Positions 32,497 to 42,700 of a DNA stretch of 64,000 nucleotides are shown one piece after another. Both the position numbers and the translations under genes were made by a program. Origin of the DNA: an uncultured archaeon (GTDB lineage: Archaea > Thermoproteota > Bathyarchaeia > Bathyarchaeales > Bathycorpusculaceae); contig CAWALK010000001.1 of NCBI GenBank assembly GCA_963782915.1, positions 32,001 to 96,000 of the forward strand, read 5' to 3'. A model generated the notes under the pieces. The model saw nothing but the letters and a program-made list of their open reading frames with translations, made no database searches and was not told where the DNA came from. Positions within the stretch are counted from its first letter, which is position 1; the number at the start of each line of letters is the position of its first letter.

Positions 32497-33631
32497 ATGA
32501 AGCCTATTGAGAGTTTAGTTAGGGATAACGTTCGCAATCTCAAGCCCTGTGTGCATGGGGCAGAGGTTTATGGTGCCGCTGAAGAAAGTGGATTTAAGTC
32601 TGAAGATATTTTGGATTTTAGCTCCAGCGTAAACCCATTGGGGCCTTCTCAGAAAGCTCTTGATGCAGTAACAGAGGCGTTTGGGCGAATCGAGGCTTAT
32701 CCGGACTCGAACTCTAATGCGTTGCGGCAGGTTCTTGCTGAACATTTCGGCGGAATCACCAAAGATAACATTGTTGTCGGCAACGGTTCAACCGAACTCA
32801 TGTACCTCTTCGCAGAGGCGTTTCTCAAAAAGGGCGAAAAAGCCTTGATGGCAGCGCCAACCTTTGGCGAATACGAAAGTGCCGTCCGCAAAACTGGGGA
32901 ATCACCCAAATTCGTCAGGTTAAGCGGCAGTTTCCAGCTTGAAGCCGAAGCTTTCCGACGCGAAATGGCAGGCGTAAAACTTGTTTTCCTATGTAATCCT
33001 AATAATCCAACGAGCAAACTTATCCCCAAAGAGACCTTAACTGAAATCCTCGATAACGCATTAGCACAGAATATCTTAGTCTTCCTCGACGAAGACTTTT
33101 TAGAGTTCGTCGATGACGAAAAAAGCCGAACCATGATAGGCAAAATCGACAAGTATCCGAATTTGTTTATTCTGCGGTCTTTCACCAAACTTTTCGGTTT
33201 AACAGGATTGCGCTGCGGCTACGGCATTGCCAGTAAAGAAATCATAGATGTAATGTTGTGCGCTAAAATTCCCTGGAACGTTAACTGTTTAGCTCAGGCA
33301 GCGAGCGGTTGCAGCACTTAAAGACGAGCAACACCTCAAGTTGACCCATGAGTTAATCAAAAAAGAAAAGGCTTGGCTGCAGCAGGAACTGAGCCAATTC
33401 AGCGGCTTCAGCTTCACTGCCCCCGACGCAAACTTCTTTTTCATAGACATCCGCAACACCAACTTAACTGCCAATGCACTAAAGCATCGAATGCTAAAAC
33501 AAGGCATCTTAATCCGTGACTGCAGCAGCTTTGTCGGCTTAAACGAATTCTACATCCGAGTTGCAGTTAAAACCCATGAAGAAAACGTTCGGTTGATAGA
33601 TGCGTTTAAGAAGGCGCTAAAACCGGTTTGA
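32497..33631 (+). CDS. cobD: L-threonine-O-3-phosphate decarboxylase (HisC-family PLP enzyme); one indel
   Basis: VHG, DFSSSVNPLGP, CNPNNP, RSFTKLFGLTGLR, IRDCSSF.GL; directly upstream of cbiB. Confidence 0.82.
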
Positions 33632-33638
33632 GTGAAAC

Positions 33639-34607
33639 ATGTTCGCTCTTGACGTGTCTTGGCTAATAGATTCAGTCTTTATCTTCACGTTAGCATTTTT
33701 AATCGACTTGGTTTTGGGCGAGTATCCGGATAGGATTCATCCCACTATTGGTATCGGTAAACTCATAATTTATCTTAAAAAGAAGGCAAAGTCGCCTAAT
33801 CCGCGGGTTGAGAAAGCCAACGGCGTCTTCATGGCGCTTATTATTATGGCGGTGTTTGCGGTGCCCATAGGTGTATTACTTTTCTGGCTAAGATGGTCCT
33901 TTGGCTCCATCCCATACATCATCGCAGGCGCAATATTATTCAAAGCAACGTTTGCCATCACAGGCATGGGGCAATACACAAAACCAATCGCAGCAGCACT
34001 CAAAAACAACGATTTAGCAGGCGCACGAAAATGGTTACCCTACATCGTGCGGCGTGACCCAAACTCACTTAATGAACGCCAAATTGTCTCTGCCGCGGTG
34101 GAATCCATCGCAGAAAGCACAACAGACGGCATTACAGCGCCATTCTTCTTTTTCGCATTATTCGGTGTCCCGGGAGCGTTTGCTTACAGAGTTATCAACA
34201 CTTTGGATTCTATGGTTGGCTACAAGAACGCCGAATACAAAAACATTGGCTGGTTCTCCGCTAAACTCGACACCATAACCAACTATGTCCCCGCAAGAAT
34301 CACTGCTTACCTCATGGTTGCCTCAGCTATGCTTTTGGGCATGAACTGGCGTGAATCATATCGCATACTGCAACGTGACAAACACAAGACTTCTAGTCCC
34401 AATGCAGGGTTTACCATTTCAGCTATGGCTGGTGCGCTCAACATTCAACTTGAGAAGCAGGGTTGCTATAAGTTGGGTGATGACCATGGGATTAACCATG
34501 AAGACATTGGCAAAGCGTTGCGGGTGATGACTTTGACGGCTGCGTTGTTTGGGTTGGTTGTGGTTTTGCCGGTTTTGGCGTTGCGAATCTATATTCTTGG
34601 GCTTTAA
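33639..34607 (+). CDS. cbiB: Adenosylcobinamide-phosphate synthase
   Basis: HP..IG, IVRRD, AVESIAE..DG, YRVINTLDSMVGY, SPNAG..AMAGAL. Confidence 0.93.
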   Translation: MFALDVSWLIDSVFIFTLAFLIDLVLGEYPDRIHPTIGIGKLIIYLKKKAKSPNPRVEKANGVFMALIIMAVFAVPIGVLLFWLRWSFGSIPYIIAGAILFKATFAITGMGQYTKPIAAALKNNDLAGARKWLPYIVRRDPNSLNERQIVSAAVESIAESTTDGITAPFFFFALFGVPGAFAYRVINTLDSMVGYKNAEYKNIGWFSAKLDTITNYVPARITAYLMVASAMLLGMNWRESYRILQRDKHKTSSPNAGFTISAMAGALNIQLEKQGCYKLGDDHGINHEDIGKALRVMTLTAALFGLVVVLPVLALRIYILGL

Positions 34608-34691
34608 GGCCTTTTTAGTTTCATAAATTGGTAAGTTGGGTTTAAAGAGTTGATTTAAGTTAAACAAAAAAAAGTTGAAAATGAAAATAGT

Positions 34692-34967
34692 TTAGGCTGT
34701 TTCTGGGGTGCTTTGCATTTCTGGTGGCGGCGCAGTTTCGTCTGTGTGACCTCTTGAGAGGGCTGCAACTACCAGCGAAAGAACAGCAATGAATAGGTAT
34801 GGCAGTATGGTTGATAAGACTAAGAATGCTGCATAATCTGCTGGTGGTGGAGTAGAGTAGGAGATTTGGAGCAGAAGATAAGTTATGACTGCCAAGATAA
34901 CGGTGAAGATTACTGATACAATGCCGAAGAAAAGCGCTATTTTACTTATGAGTTTCAAATTTACCAT
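34692..34967 (-). CDS. Small two-TM membrane protein
   Basis: Two hydrophobic helices; T-rich terminator-like sequence downstream. Confidence 0.65.
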   Translation of the reverse strand: MVNLKLISKIALFFGIVSVIFTVILAVITYLLLQISYSTPPPADYAAFLVLSTILPYLFIAVLSLVVAALSRGHTDETAPPPEMQSTPETA

Positions 34968-35052
34968 GATTCTGCACGACTGGTAATACTTTTGTTTTGT
35001 AGGTGCATTTTAAGTTATGCCCAAATTGATTGCTTGGATTGTAGTTGGCGGC

Positions 35053-35295
35053 TTTGTTGCTCTCACGAGGGACCCCCTCCCTTATTTATAGAATGACAAA
35101 TGCAACCTAACTCTTGTTGGGATAGAGTGCATTCATTGAATATGCGCTGTGCAAAAGCAATGCTTGTTGAGGTTGGTTTGCTCTAAATGCACATTTGCAG
35201 CGGTCTAGTCGGCGACTTCTCAGTAACTAACTTGAAAAACACGCGTCCTCTCGGATGCTAACGCCCCTCCCTTGTTTAAAGGATAAAATAGTCTT
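35053..35295. repeat. Repeat family A, long copy with two cores
   Basis: tttgttgctctcacgagggaccccctcccttatttatag (35053-35091), second core at 35264-35281; inverted homolog of 415-670. Confidence 0.85.
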
Positions 35296-35426
35296 AATTT
35301 GCTCTGAGGAGATTGCCCATCTGCTATGTTAATGGGCAGGGACACCTTGAACTCGCCTATACGGTGTTTTGATAGCTCAATGTTAACAAGACTATTTAAG
35401 CCGGCATCAGTGTAACCACAGCGAAT

Positions 35427-35912
35427 GTGTTCTTCTTGAATGCCCTAATCATCCTCCACTCACAACATCACCAAAACACCCAAAAAGTGGCAGACGTAAT
35501 TGCAAAAGTATTAGATGCCAAAGTAAAATCACCCACCGAAGTAGACTCCGCCAGTCTTTCAAGCTACGGTTTAATCGGTTTCGGTTCAGGCATCTACTTT
35601 GGCAAACACCACAAAACCCTCCTCCAATTAGCAGACAAAATGCCGCAGGTAACCAACCAACAAGCCTTCATCTTTTCAACCAGCGGCCAAGAAGGCAAAG
35701 CAGAAAGTTTGCACAAGAAACTTCGGGAAAAACTCGAAAGCAAAGGCTACCACATCATCAGCGAATTCAACTGCCCCGGATATGACACCTATGCCCTCAC
35801 AAAACTCGTCGGCGGCATACAGAAGGGTCACCCAAACGAGGAAGACCTAAAATTAGCACAGACATATGCGGAAGACCTCAAACGGACATATAACGTTTTG
35901 TTGCTCTGCTGA
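35427..35912 (+). CDS. Flavodoxin family protein
   Basis: S.HH.NT.KVA, GFGSGIYFGKHH, FSTSG, EFNCPGYDT, GHPNEEDL. Confidence 0.88.
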   Translation: MFFLNALIILHSQHHQNTQKVADVIAKVLDAKVKSPTEVDSASLSSYGLIGFGSGIYFGKHHKTLLQLADKMPQVTNQQAFIFSTSGQEGKAESLHKKLREKLESKGYHIISEFNCPGYDTYALTKLVGGIQKGHPNEEDLKLAQTYAEDLKRTYNVLLLC

Positions 35913-35935
35913 TCCTCCCCTCCCCTTACATAAAG
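35897..35935. repeat. Repeat family A core overlapping the flavodoxin stop
   Basis: tttgttgctctgctgatcctcccctccccttacataaag. Confidence 0.8.
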
Positions 35936-35952
35936 CGCTGATTAGGCACCCT

Positions 35953-36426
35953 TTAGGGGTTGCATAGCATCTTTTTGATTTTAGCAATCATTTTCTCAAC
36001 TTCAACAGGACTTAAACTATCAAGTACCTTTTCGATTTCTAAAACAAACCGTTTAGTTTTCTCAATCACTTCTTCTAAGTCTACCGTTAACTCTTCTGTA
36101 TAATATTGGGCTTCAACACGATCGTACTTTGAATTTCTCAAATCCTTAATGATATCCGGCGAGATTCTATCGCTAAAAAGGTGCTCAAAAACAGCTATTG
36201 TACAATCGTGTATTTCGCATTTGACCCCTATCTTGGAAAGCAGCGAATATACAGCGAAATATTTAGCGTAGTAGCTTGCCGAGACTGCCCATTCAGTAAG
36301 TCCGGCCTGTGAATTTACTTCCATGGCTTTCAAGGCGTTTCTTGATTTTTTGAGGTATGCCCTTACCAGATTCATAGAGGGGTCAATTAGTCGTATGCCC
36401 TTGCTTTTTTTGAGGCACCACTGCAA
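35953..36426 (-). CDS. HEPN-domain protein (UPF0332-like, putative toxin)
   Basis: WAVSASYYAKY, CEIHDCT, RVEAQY; downstream of MNT. Probable TTG start at 36426. Confidence 0.8.
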   Translation of the reverse strand: MQWCLKKSKGIRLIDPSMNLVRAYLKKSRNALKAMEVNSQAGLTEWAVSASYYAKYFAVYSLLSKIGVKCEIHDCTIAVFEHLFSDRISPDIIKDLRNSKYDRVEAQYYTEELTVDLEEVIEKTKRFVLEIEKVLDSLSPVEVEKMIAKIKKMLCNP

Positions 36427-36436
36427 TTGACGTTCT

Positions 36437-37057
36437 CTATCTTGTATAATAATCCCACAGGATACTGCATATGTTATCGATTCCTTTAAGAACAATGTGG
36501 TTTGCAACAACTTCGGCTATTAGCGGATCATTAGTTATCAAACCATCAACAAATTGTTCTTCAGCGATGCATTTGACGTTAATTTCACGATTTAAAAGAT
36601 TGCCAATCTCCCAAAAAGCCGTTTTCTCAATTCGTTTCCCATTAATGACAAGGATGTCTATGTCGCTATCCTGTGTCATGTTTCCCTTAGCAAAACTCCC
36701 AAATAACAAAGCGGTCTTTCCCAAATCGTGTGATATTTCGCTTAGCAGTTTTTTTACCTCAAAATTCGTCGCTAAGTATTCTGTAGTTTTTGACGCTTCA
36801 GCAACAATCAAGTACTGTGATGTGAGGTAATTGTCCTTGTTTAAGTTGTATTCTTTGTTTTTGCCTCTTTGTTTGCTGGTTAGGACGTTTTGTTTTTCTA
36901 GTCTGTCTAATTGGCGCTTGACTGCCTTTGGGTCAACTTGTATTTCGCGTGCGATTTCTCTTAGGTAGAGCTGGTTTTTGGGGTTGTGTTTGAAGAGCGC
37001 GAGTAATCTTAGGGTTGACTGGTTTACCTTATAGTCTTTGTAGTATTTATACGTCAT
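36437..37057 (-). CDS. wHTH-fused minimal nucleotidyltransferase (MNT antitoxin-like)
   Basis: YLREIAREI wHTH; LFGSFAKG..SDIDIL. Confidence 0.88.
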   Translation of the reverse strand: MTYKYYKDYKVNQSTLRLLALFKHNPKNQLYLREIAREIQVDPKAVKRQLDRLEKQNVLTSKQRGKNKEYNLNKDNYLTSQYLIVAEASKTTEYLATNFEVKKLLSEISHDLGKTALLFGSFAKGNMTQDSDIDILVINGKRIEKTAFWEIGNLLNREINVKCIAEEQFVDGLITNDPLIAEVVANHIVLKGIDNICSILWDYYTR

Positions 37058-37058
37058 A

Positions 37059-37092
37059 TGTAGTAATAATACTACAATTTCTCTTTTAAACC
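37059..37092 (-). promoter_or_regulatory. TATA box plus operator palindrome TGTAGTA-N4-TACTACA
   Basis: Perfect 7-bp arms at 37059-37065 and 37070-37076, between TTTAAAAG (minus strand) and the ATG at 37057. Confidence 0.7.
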
Positions 37093-37218
37093 TAACCACC
37101 CAACCAAAACAAACCACCGAAAAAAAATGGTGACGCTCCACAATCGCACCTTGCCAGTTATAATGGTTTTTATTCATGGTCGCCATCAATGTAGTGCTAC
37201 AAGAGAGGAACATCGGGT

Positions 37219-38396
37219 TTGAATGGGAAACCACTGGTCAGCATAATCGGTGCTGGCATGTCAAAATTCGGCAAACAAGAAGGCTTACTTGGAAGAGAAA
37301 TTTTTGGGCAAGCAGCAGCTGAAGCTTTTAGTCGCTGCCCCAAACTGGAGCCAAAACGTGACGTTAAAGCCATGTTCATCGGGCACATGGGTGAATCCTA
37401 TGAGCATCAGGGCCACATGGGTGCCACGATTGCTGACTGGATCGGCTTATCTGGCATAGCGGCGACCCGCGTCGAAGCAGCCTGTGGCTCATCAGGCGCA
37501 GCCCTGCGAACCGGCATCTATGCAGTCCTATCCGGGCTTATCCGACGTAGTTATCGTTGGCGGCGTCGAAAAAATGACGCATCGCACAACCGCAGAAGTC
37601 ACCGAATACCTTGCAATGGCCGCAGATTACCCCTTTGAACAATTCCACGGCATCACCTTTCCAGGATTATTTGCCATGATGGCAACCGCACACATGCATG
37701 ATTATGGCACAACAGAGCAGCAAATCGCCAAAATCGCAGTTAAAAACCATCACCACGGCAGCTTAAACCCCAAAGCACACATGCAAAAAGAAGTGCCCCT
37801 CGAAACCGTTATGGGGTCTAAGTATGTTGCGTGGCCACTCAAACTCTATGATTGCAGCCTAATCTCTGACGGCGCAAGCTGCATCATTTTAACCAAACCT
37901 GAACTCGCAAGCAAATACACCGACCAACCAGTCCATATTATCGGCAGCGGACAAGCAACCGACGCCATCGGACTCTACGAACGAGAAAGCCTAACTTCAC
38001 TAAAATCCACCAAATTAGCCTCCAAAGCAGCATATGAAATGGCAAACCTAAAACCCAGCCAAATCAACTTGGCAGAAGTCCATGACTGCTTCACCATCGC
38101 AGAACTCATCGCCTACGAGGACCTTGGATTCTGCAAAGTCGGCGAAGGCGGCAAACTCGTCGAAAGCGGCGCAACAACACTTGGGCGGATGCATCCCCGT
38201 TAACACCAGCGGCGGCTTAAAATCCAAAGGCCACCCAGTCGGCGCAACAGGAACCGCACAAGCATACGAAATGTACCTACAACTAACCGGCCAAGCCGAC
38301 AAACGCCAAGTAAAAGACGCCCAAATTGGCTTAACACATAACATCGGCGGCTCCGGCGCAACCGCGGCTGTGCATATTTACAGGAGAGACCAATAA
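37219..38396 (+). CDS. Archaeal thiolase (acetyl-CoA C-acetyltransferase); two indels
   Basis: [58 protein letters not shown]. Confidence 0.92.
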
Positions 38397-38800
38397 TGAG
38401 TCAACCAGTTGAGTCTTTTACTATTGAGCAATTCTACAAGTTCATGGCGCAAGGCAAACTTATGGGTGGAATGTGCCAAAAATGCAAAAAAGTCCACTTG
38501 CCACCACGCCCCTTCTGCAACGAATGTGGCTCGCAGCAGTTCAGTTGGGTTAATATTTCAGGCAAAGGCAAACTCGTCACCTACACAGTCATCAACGTGG
38601 CACCGCAGCAATTCCAGAACTTGACGCCCTATGCAGTGGGCATCGTCGAGTTAGCTGGTGGCCTGAGAATCCCCGGCATGATACAAGGCGTAACGCAGGA
38701 ACAACTCAAAATCGGCATGGCCCTTACAGTTGATTTTGGCACTTGTAGCCAGCCTCAGCAGTGGCCTTCGTGGCAGCGTTACTGCTTCAAGCCAGTCTAA
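38396..38800 (+). CDS. DUF35 Zn-ribbon/OB-fold protein
   Basis: CQKC..PPRPFCNEC, GKGKLVTYT, PYAVGIVEL; coupled to the thiolase. Confidence 0.92.
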   Translation: MSQPVESFTIEQFYKFMAQGKLMGGMCQKCKKVHLPPRPFCNECGSQQFSWVNISGKGKLVTYTVINVAPQQFQNLTPYAVGIVELAGGLRIPGMIQGVTQEQLKIGMALTVDFGTCSQPQQWPSWQRYCFKPV

Positions 38801-38829
38801 TCTTAAAAAACATCTTTTTTATTATTAAA

Positions 38830-38926
38830 ACGGTGAGGGTACCCGCTGAACGGTTAGAGAAAGAATCCCCAATTTTCAGGAAGAGAGGAAAAACTCCAGC
38901 CATCCAGCAGATGCCTCACCAACCGT
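38830..38926. ncRNA. Candidate structured RNA (long imperfect hairpin)
   Basis: Arms 38832-38859 and 38894-38920 are complementary except one bulge and seven transition-type mismatches. Confidence 0.4.
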
Positions 38927-39056
38927 GCTAATGTTGACTTGCTTGATTTAAGGCTTCACAAAACCCCATCTGCTCATGTCTTAAAAGCAATATTGAAACC
39001 TAAAATTAGGAAAAACCTATCTACAATCACCACTAACCCATACGTGAAGTGTCAAC

Positions 39057-39668
39057 ATGGCCGCCCAAAAACCCAAAATCTGCATCGTATCCTGCAGCGT
39101 ACTAAAAAGAGAACTCCAACAACTCAAAGCCCAAGGCAAACTCGACGCTGAACTGGTTTTTGTAAGCAAACTCTTCCACATCGACTACGCCCTAGTAGAG
39201 ACCAATCTACGCAAAGTTCTAGAACATACAAAACAACGATTCAACGGCAAAATCGTATTGGTCTACGGTGACTTGTGTTTGGGGCAAGATAACGAAATGA
39301 AAAAGCTCGCAAACGAATACGGCGTAACCAAAGTGGATGCGGTTAACTGTGTTGATTGCCAACTAGGCGGCAAAGGCATAGTGAACACTGTTGATCCTAA
39401 CCATAACTTGATGTTTATGGGTCCGGGCATGATAGAGTTTTTCGAAGAAATGAAACCCAGAATGCTCCAGGAAGGTATGGATGAAGCAGCCTTCGCGGGC
39501 ATGTTTAGCGGCATTAAGGGGTTTGTGGTTTTGGATACCTGCGGCGACGGCGACAAACTGCAGGCGGCGCTAAAGAAGGCGGGGTTGAATGTTGAGGTGT
39601 TGGAAACCCGCAAAATCGGCACAGACAACATCCTGCGCGTAGTCACAGATGCAATAGACCATGCATAA
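39057..39668 (+). CDS. DUF1638 domain protein
   Basis: SCSVLKREL, H, LVYGDLC, NCVDCQLGG. Confidence 0.75.
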   Translation: MAAQKPKICIVSCSVLKRELQQLKAQGKLDAELVFVSKLFHIDYALVETNLRKVLEHTKQRFNGKIVLVYGDLCLGQDNEMKKLANEYGVTKVDAVNCVDCQLGGKGIVNTVDPNHNLMFMGPGMIEFFEEMKPRMLQEGMDEAAFAGMFSGIKGFVVLDTCGDGDKLQAALKKAGLNVEVLETRKIGTDNILRVVTDAIDHA

Positions 39669-39789
39669 CCGTATCAACTGAGTTACTATCCCCTCTAATC
39701 TTGTTATACTGATTGTTTGCCTGCTTTGGGGAACTACCGTAAGTATTAAAGAATGATCGTGACAATAAGCTAAACTGTATCTCAAGCGG

Positions 39790-42700
39790 ATGTGCCCCTT
39801 AATGACTGAACAATATGAACCCACTCCACCCTCTTCACCTATGAAGCGCGTGGAAGACTGGAAAGGCAGATTAATTGACTTATCCAAAAAGAACAATTTA
39901 CTCTACTTCAAAAAAGCTAAACGCGGAAACCTAACCATCACAGCACCTGATTCCCAGAAAATCTTTGATGGCTTAGTTGTTAAGAAGAATCGCATGGAAT
40001 TCTATCTACCCGCTGAAGCTGCGAAGGCACCAAAAAGCAGAGAAAGCAGCGTCCCCAAAAGGGAAAGAAAAAGCTAAAGCAAAAGGCAAAGGAAAAACTA
40101 AAGAAAAAGAAGCTAAACCCGAAGCTAAAGTGGCAAAAGAACCCACAAGAGCCGCCACCATAGAAGCCCCCCAAGCTCCTGACGTTCCAAAGCGCCCAGG
40201 CGCAAACCAACTCGTCTGCGGCAGCCTAACACGCCAAGAACTCGACCGCAACCTCAAAGCACTCGAACGCCGCTCCCTACTCGATTACCGCGAACGCGGC
40301 GTACGCATCCTACATGCAGCGTTTGGCACACTCAACTGGGTGGATGCAGAAACCAAAGAAACGGTTCAGTCACCGCTGATTTTGGTCCCGCTTGAACTCG
40401 GCAAAGAAACCATCAGGGCACCCTACAGCATCGCACTGCCCCCTGTTGAAGATGAAGCACTACTTAACCCCGCATTGCAGGTTAAACTCAAAAAAGATTA
40501 CCGAATTGATTTGCCCCCGTTGCCTGAAGAATGGGAAGAGGCAAAGCTGGCTGACTACTATGCCCAAGTCGAATTGGCTGTTAAGGAGATGGGCTGGAAA
40601 ACCGAAGCCTCAACAGACCTCGGGTTATTCTCGTTCCAAAAACTGGTAATCTACAAGGACCTTGAATCCAACGCCGCATTAGTAACTCAGCATCCGATTA
40701 TCCGCGCCATCGCCGGCATCAAAGAAGACAGCCTGATCCTAAGCGATTTGCCTGACGAAAAAGACGTGGACAAAGTAGAGTTGCCAGCCAAAACCTACCA
40801 GGTCCTTGACGCCGACAGTAGCCAACGCGTCAGCATCGAATATGCCCTGCGCGGTCAAAGCTTCGTCATGAAGGGACCACCAGGCACAGGCAAGAGCCAA
40901 ACCATCGCAAACATGATTGCGGAATGCATCGCCAACGGCAAATCTGTGCTATTTGTCAGCGACAAAATGGCGGCGCTCGAAGTCGTGTATAAACGGCTCA
41001 GTGATGTGGGGTTGGCGCATTTCTGTTTAGAAATGCACAGCAGCAAAGCCAACAAGCAACAAGTCGTCGCTGAACTCAAACGCAGCTTAGACGAAAACCT
41101 GATCCCGCGCAAGTTGCCTTCCACTCACGAATTCGATAGACTCGCAGAGTACCGTGACACCCTCAACGGCTACGTAACGGCACTCCATGACAAACGCGCT
41201 TACATGCAAAGAAGCGTCTACGAAGTCCTAAGCATGATTTCCAGCTTGGAACGGGTCCCATTTGTGCCCGTGGGCTTAACGGAACTCAGCACATTAACCC
41301 CTCAGAAGCTGCGTGAACTCGAAGAACTCGTCATGCAACTCAGCAAAGTCTGGCAAGTCGTAGAGGAACCGGATTTCCCCTGGCTCGGTTACAAAGCGGA
41401 TAAGTATAATCTTGAAATCCGAAGCGAACTCCTCACCTCACTCGAAGCCATCAACCAAACCCTGCGAGATTTAGAACTCGAAACCGAAGACTTCTCCGCC
41501 AAACTAGGCGTGTTTCCACCAGAAACCTTCGCCACGAATCCAGTGGCTACTTGACGTTAGCAACATGCTCTTCCAAAGCCCCAAACCGGAACAGTTCTGG
41601 ATGACAAACCCCGCCCTCGATAAACTGCTTGCGGAGGCGAAGGCGTATCTGGAAACCAGCCTATGGATAAAACAGACCCGCATCAGCCTAATGGAACGCT
41701 ACAACCCTGCGCTATTCGATTTGGTTCTTTCGCGGTCACAGGAAATCCAGCAGGCAGTAACAAACTGGGCAAAGCATCTGCAATCCCCAACATCAGCGAA
41801 GGCGACTTCCTATCTAAACGCGAAAAGTACCTCGTATTCATCAAAAACACAGAGTTAACCGTCAAGAAATGGCGTGAAGCCTCAACGGCGCTTGCTCCAA
41901 TGTTGGGCTTAGACACAGGCGACTTAACAATCACACAACTCAAACAACTCTCAAGGATGGCGCTACTCTGCTTCTCTGAGGATAAACCGGAGCCACAGTG
42001 GTTTGACGCCAAATACCTCGAACAGGTACAAGAAACAGTCGGCAAAGCCAAGCAACTCTACCAAGAACACAGCCTACTAAAAAGCCGCTTAGACCAAACC
42101 TACACAGACGACCTCTACACACTTGACCTCGACACCTTAATCGCCAACTACAGCGGACCATACCAAAGCGGCATGAAACTCTTCAACAGCGACTACCGCA
42201 ACGACCAGAAAACAATCGCCAAAGTCACCAACGACGGCAAAGTCCCCAAAGAAGTCCTCCAAGACTTAATCGACGCCCGCAAAGTCAACAAGTACGCTAA
42301 AAAAATCAGCGAATCCGCCCAAACCGTCCAAACACTGCTGGGTCACTATTACCACAAGAGCAGAACCGATTTCAACGGTGCAGAAAAAGCCTTAGCACTC
42401 ACCGAAGAAATCCGAAAGCTCTCATGGGCAACAACCGTTCCTGAACCACTGCTCAAACTACTCACCACATCCGCATCTCCTTCCCCGATGATTAAAAACT
42501 TGGGTCAAGAACTTCGCGATTCAGTCGAGAAATGGGAGCGCCAAATAAAAGATGTAGAAACCCTGCTTCCGCAAAACATGCCCAAATCCGAAAAGGCAAT
42601 CGCTGAAACCCCTTTGCCACTGATTGAGGAATGGGCAACAGAAACCGAGAAACTCCTCACACCGCTTTGCAGCGTAACCAAGGACACCCTGTCAGTAGCT

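Noticed and set aside
32497-33631. hisC call
   Set aside because: The N-terminal HG and DFSSSVNPLG motifs and coupling to cbiB favour CobD.
38821-38935. SAM-I riboswitch, SRP RNA or 5S rRNA identity for the hairpin
   Set aside because: Short resemblances (gagggt..ccc..tgaa, caacc..gtgctaa) lack the AUC/AGAG and closing P1 elements and the correct spacing. No SRP helix 8 or 5S motifs.
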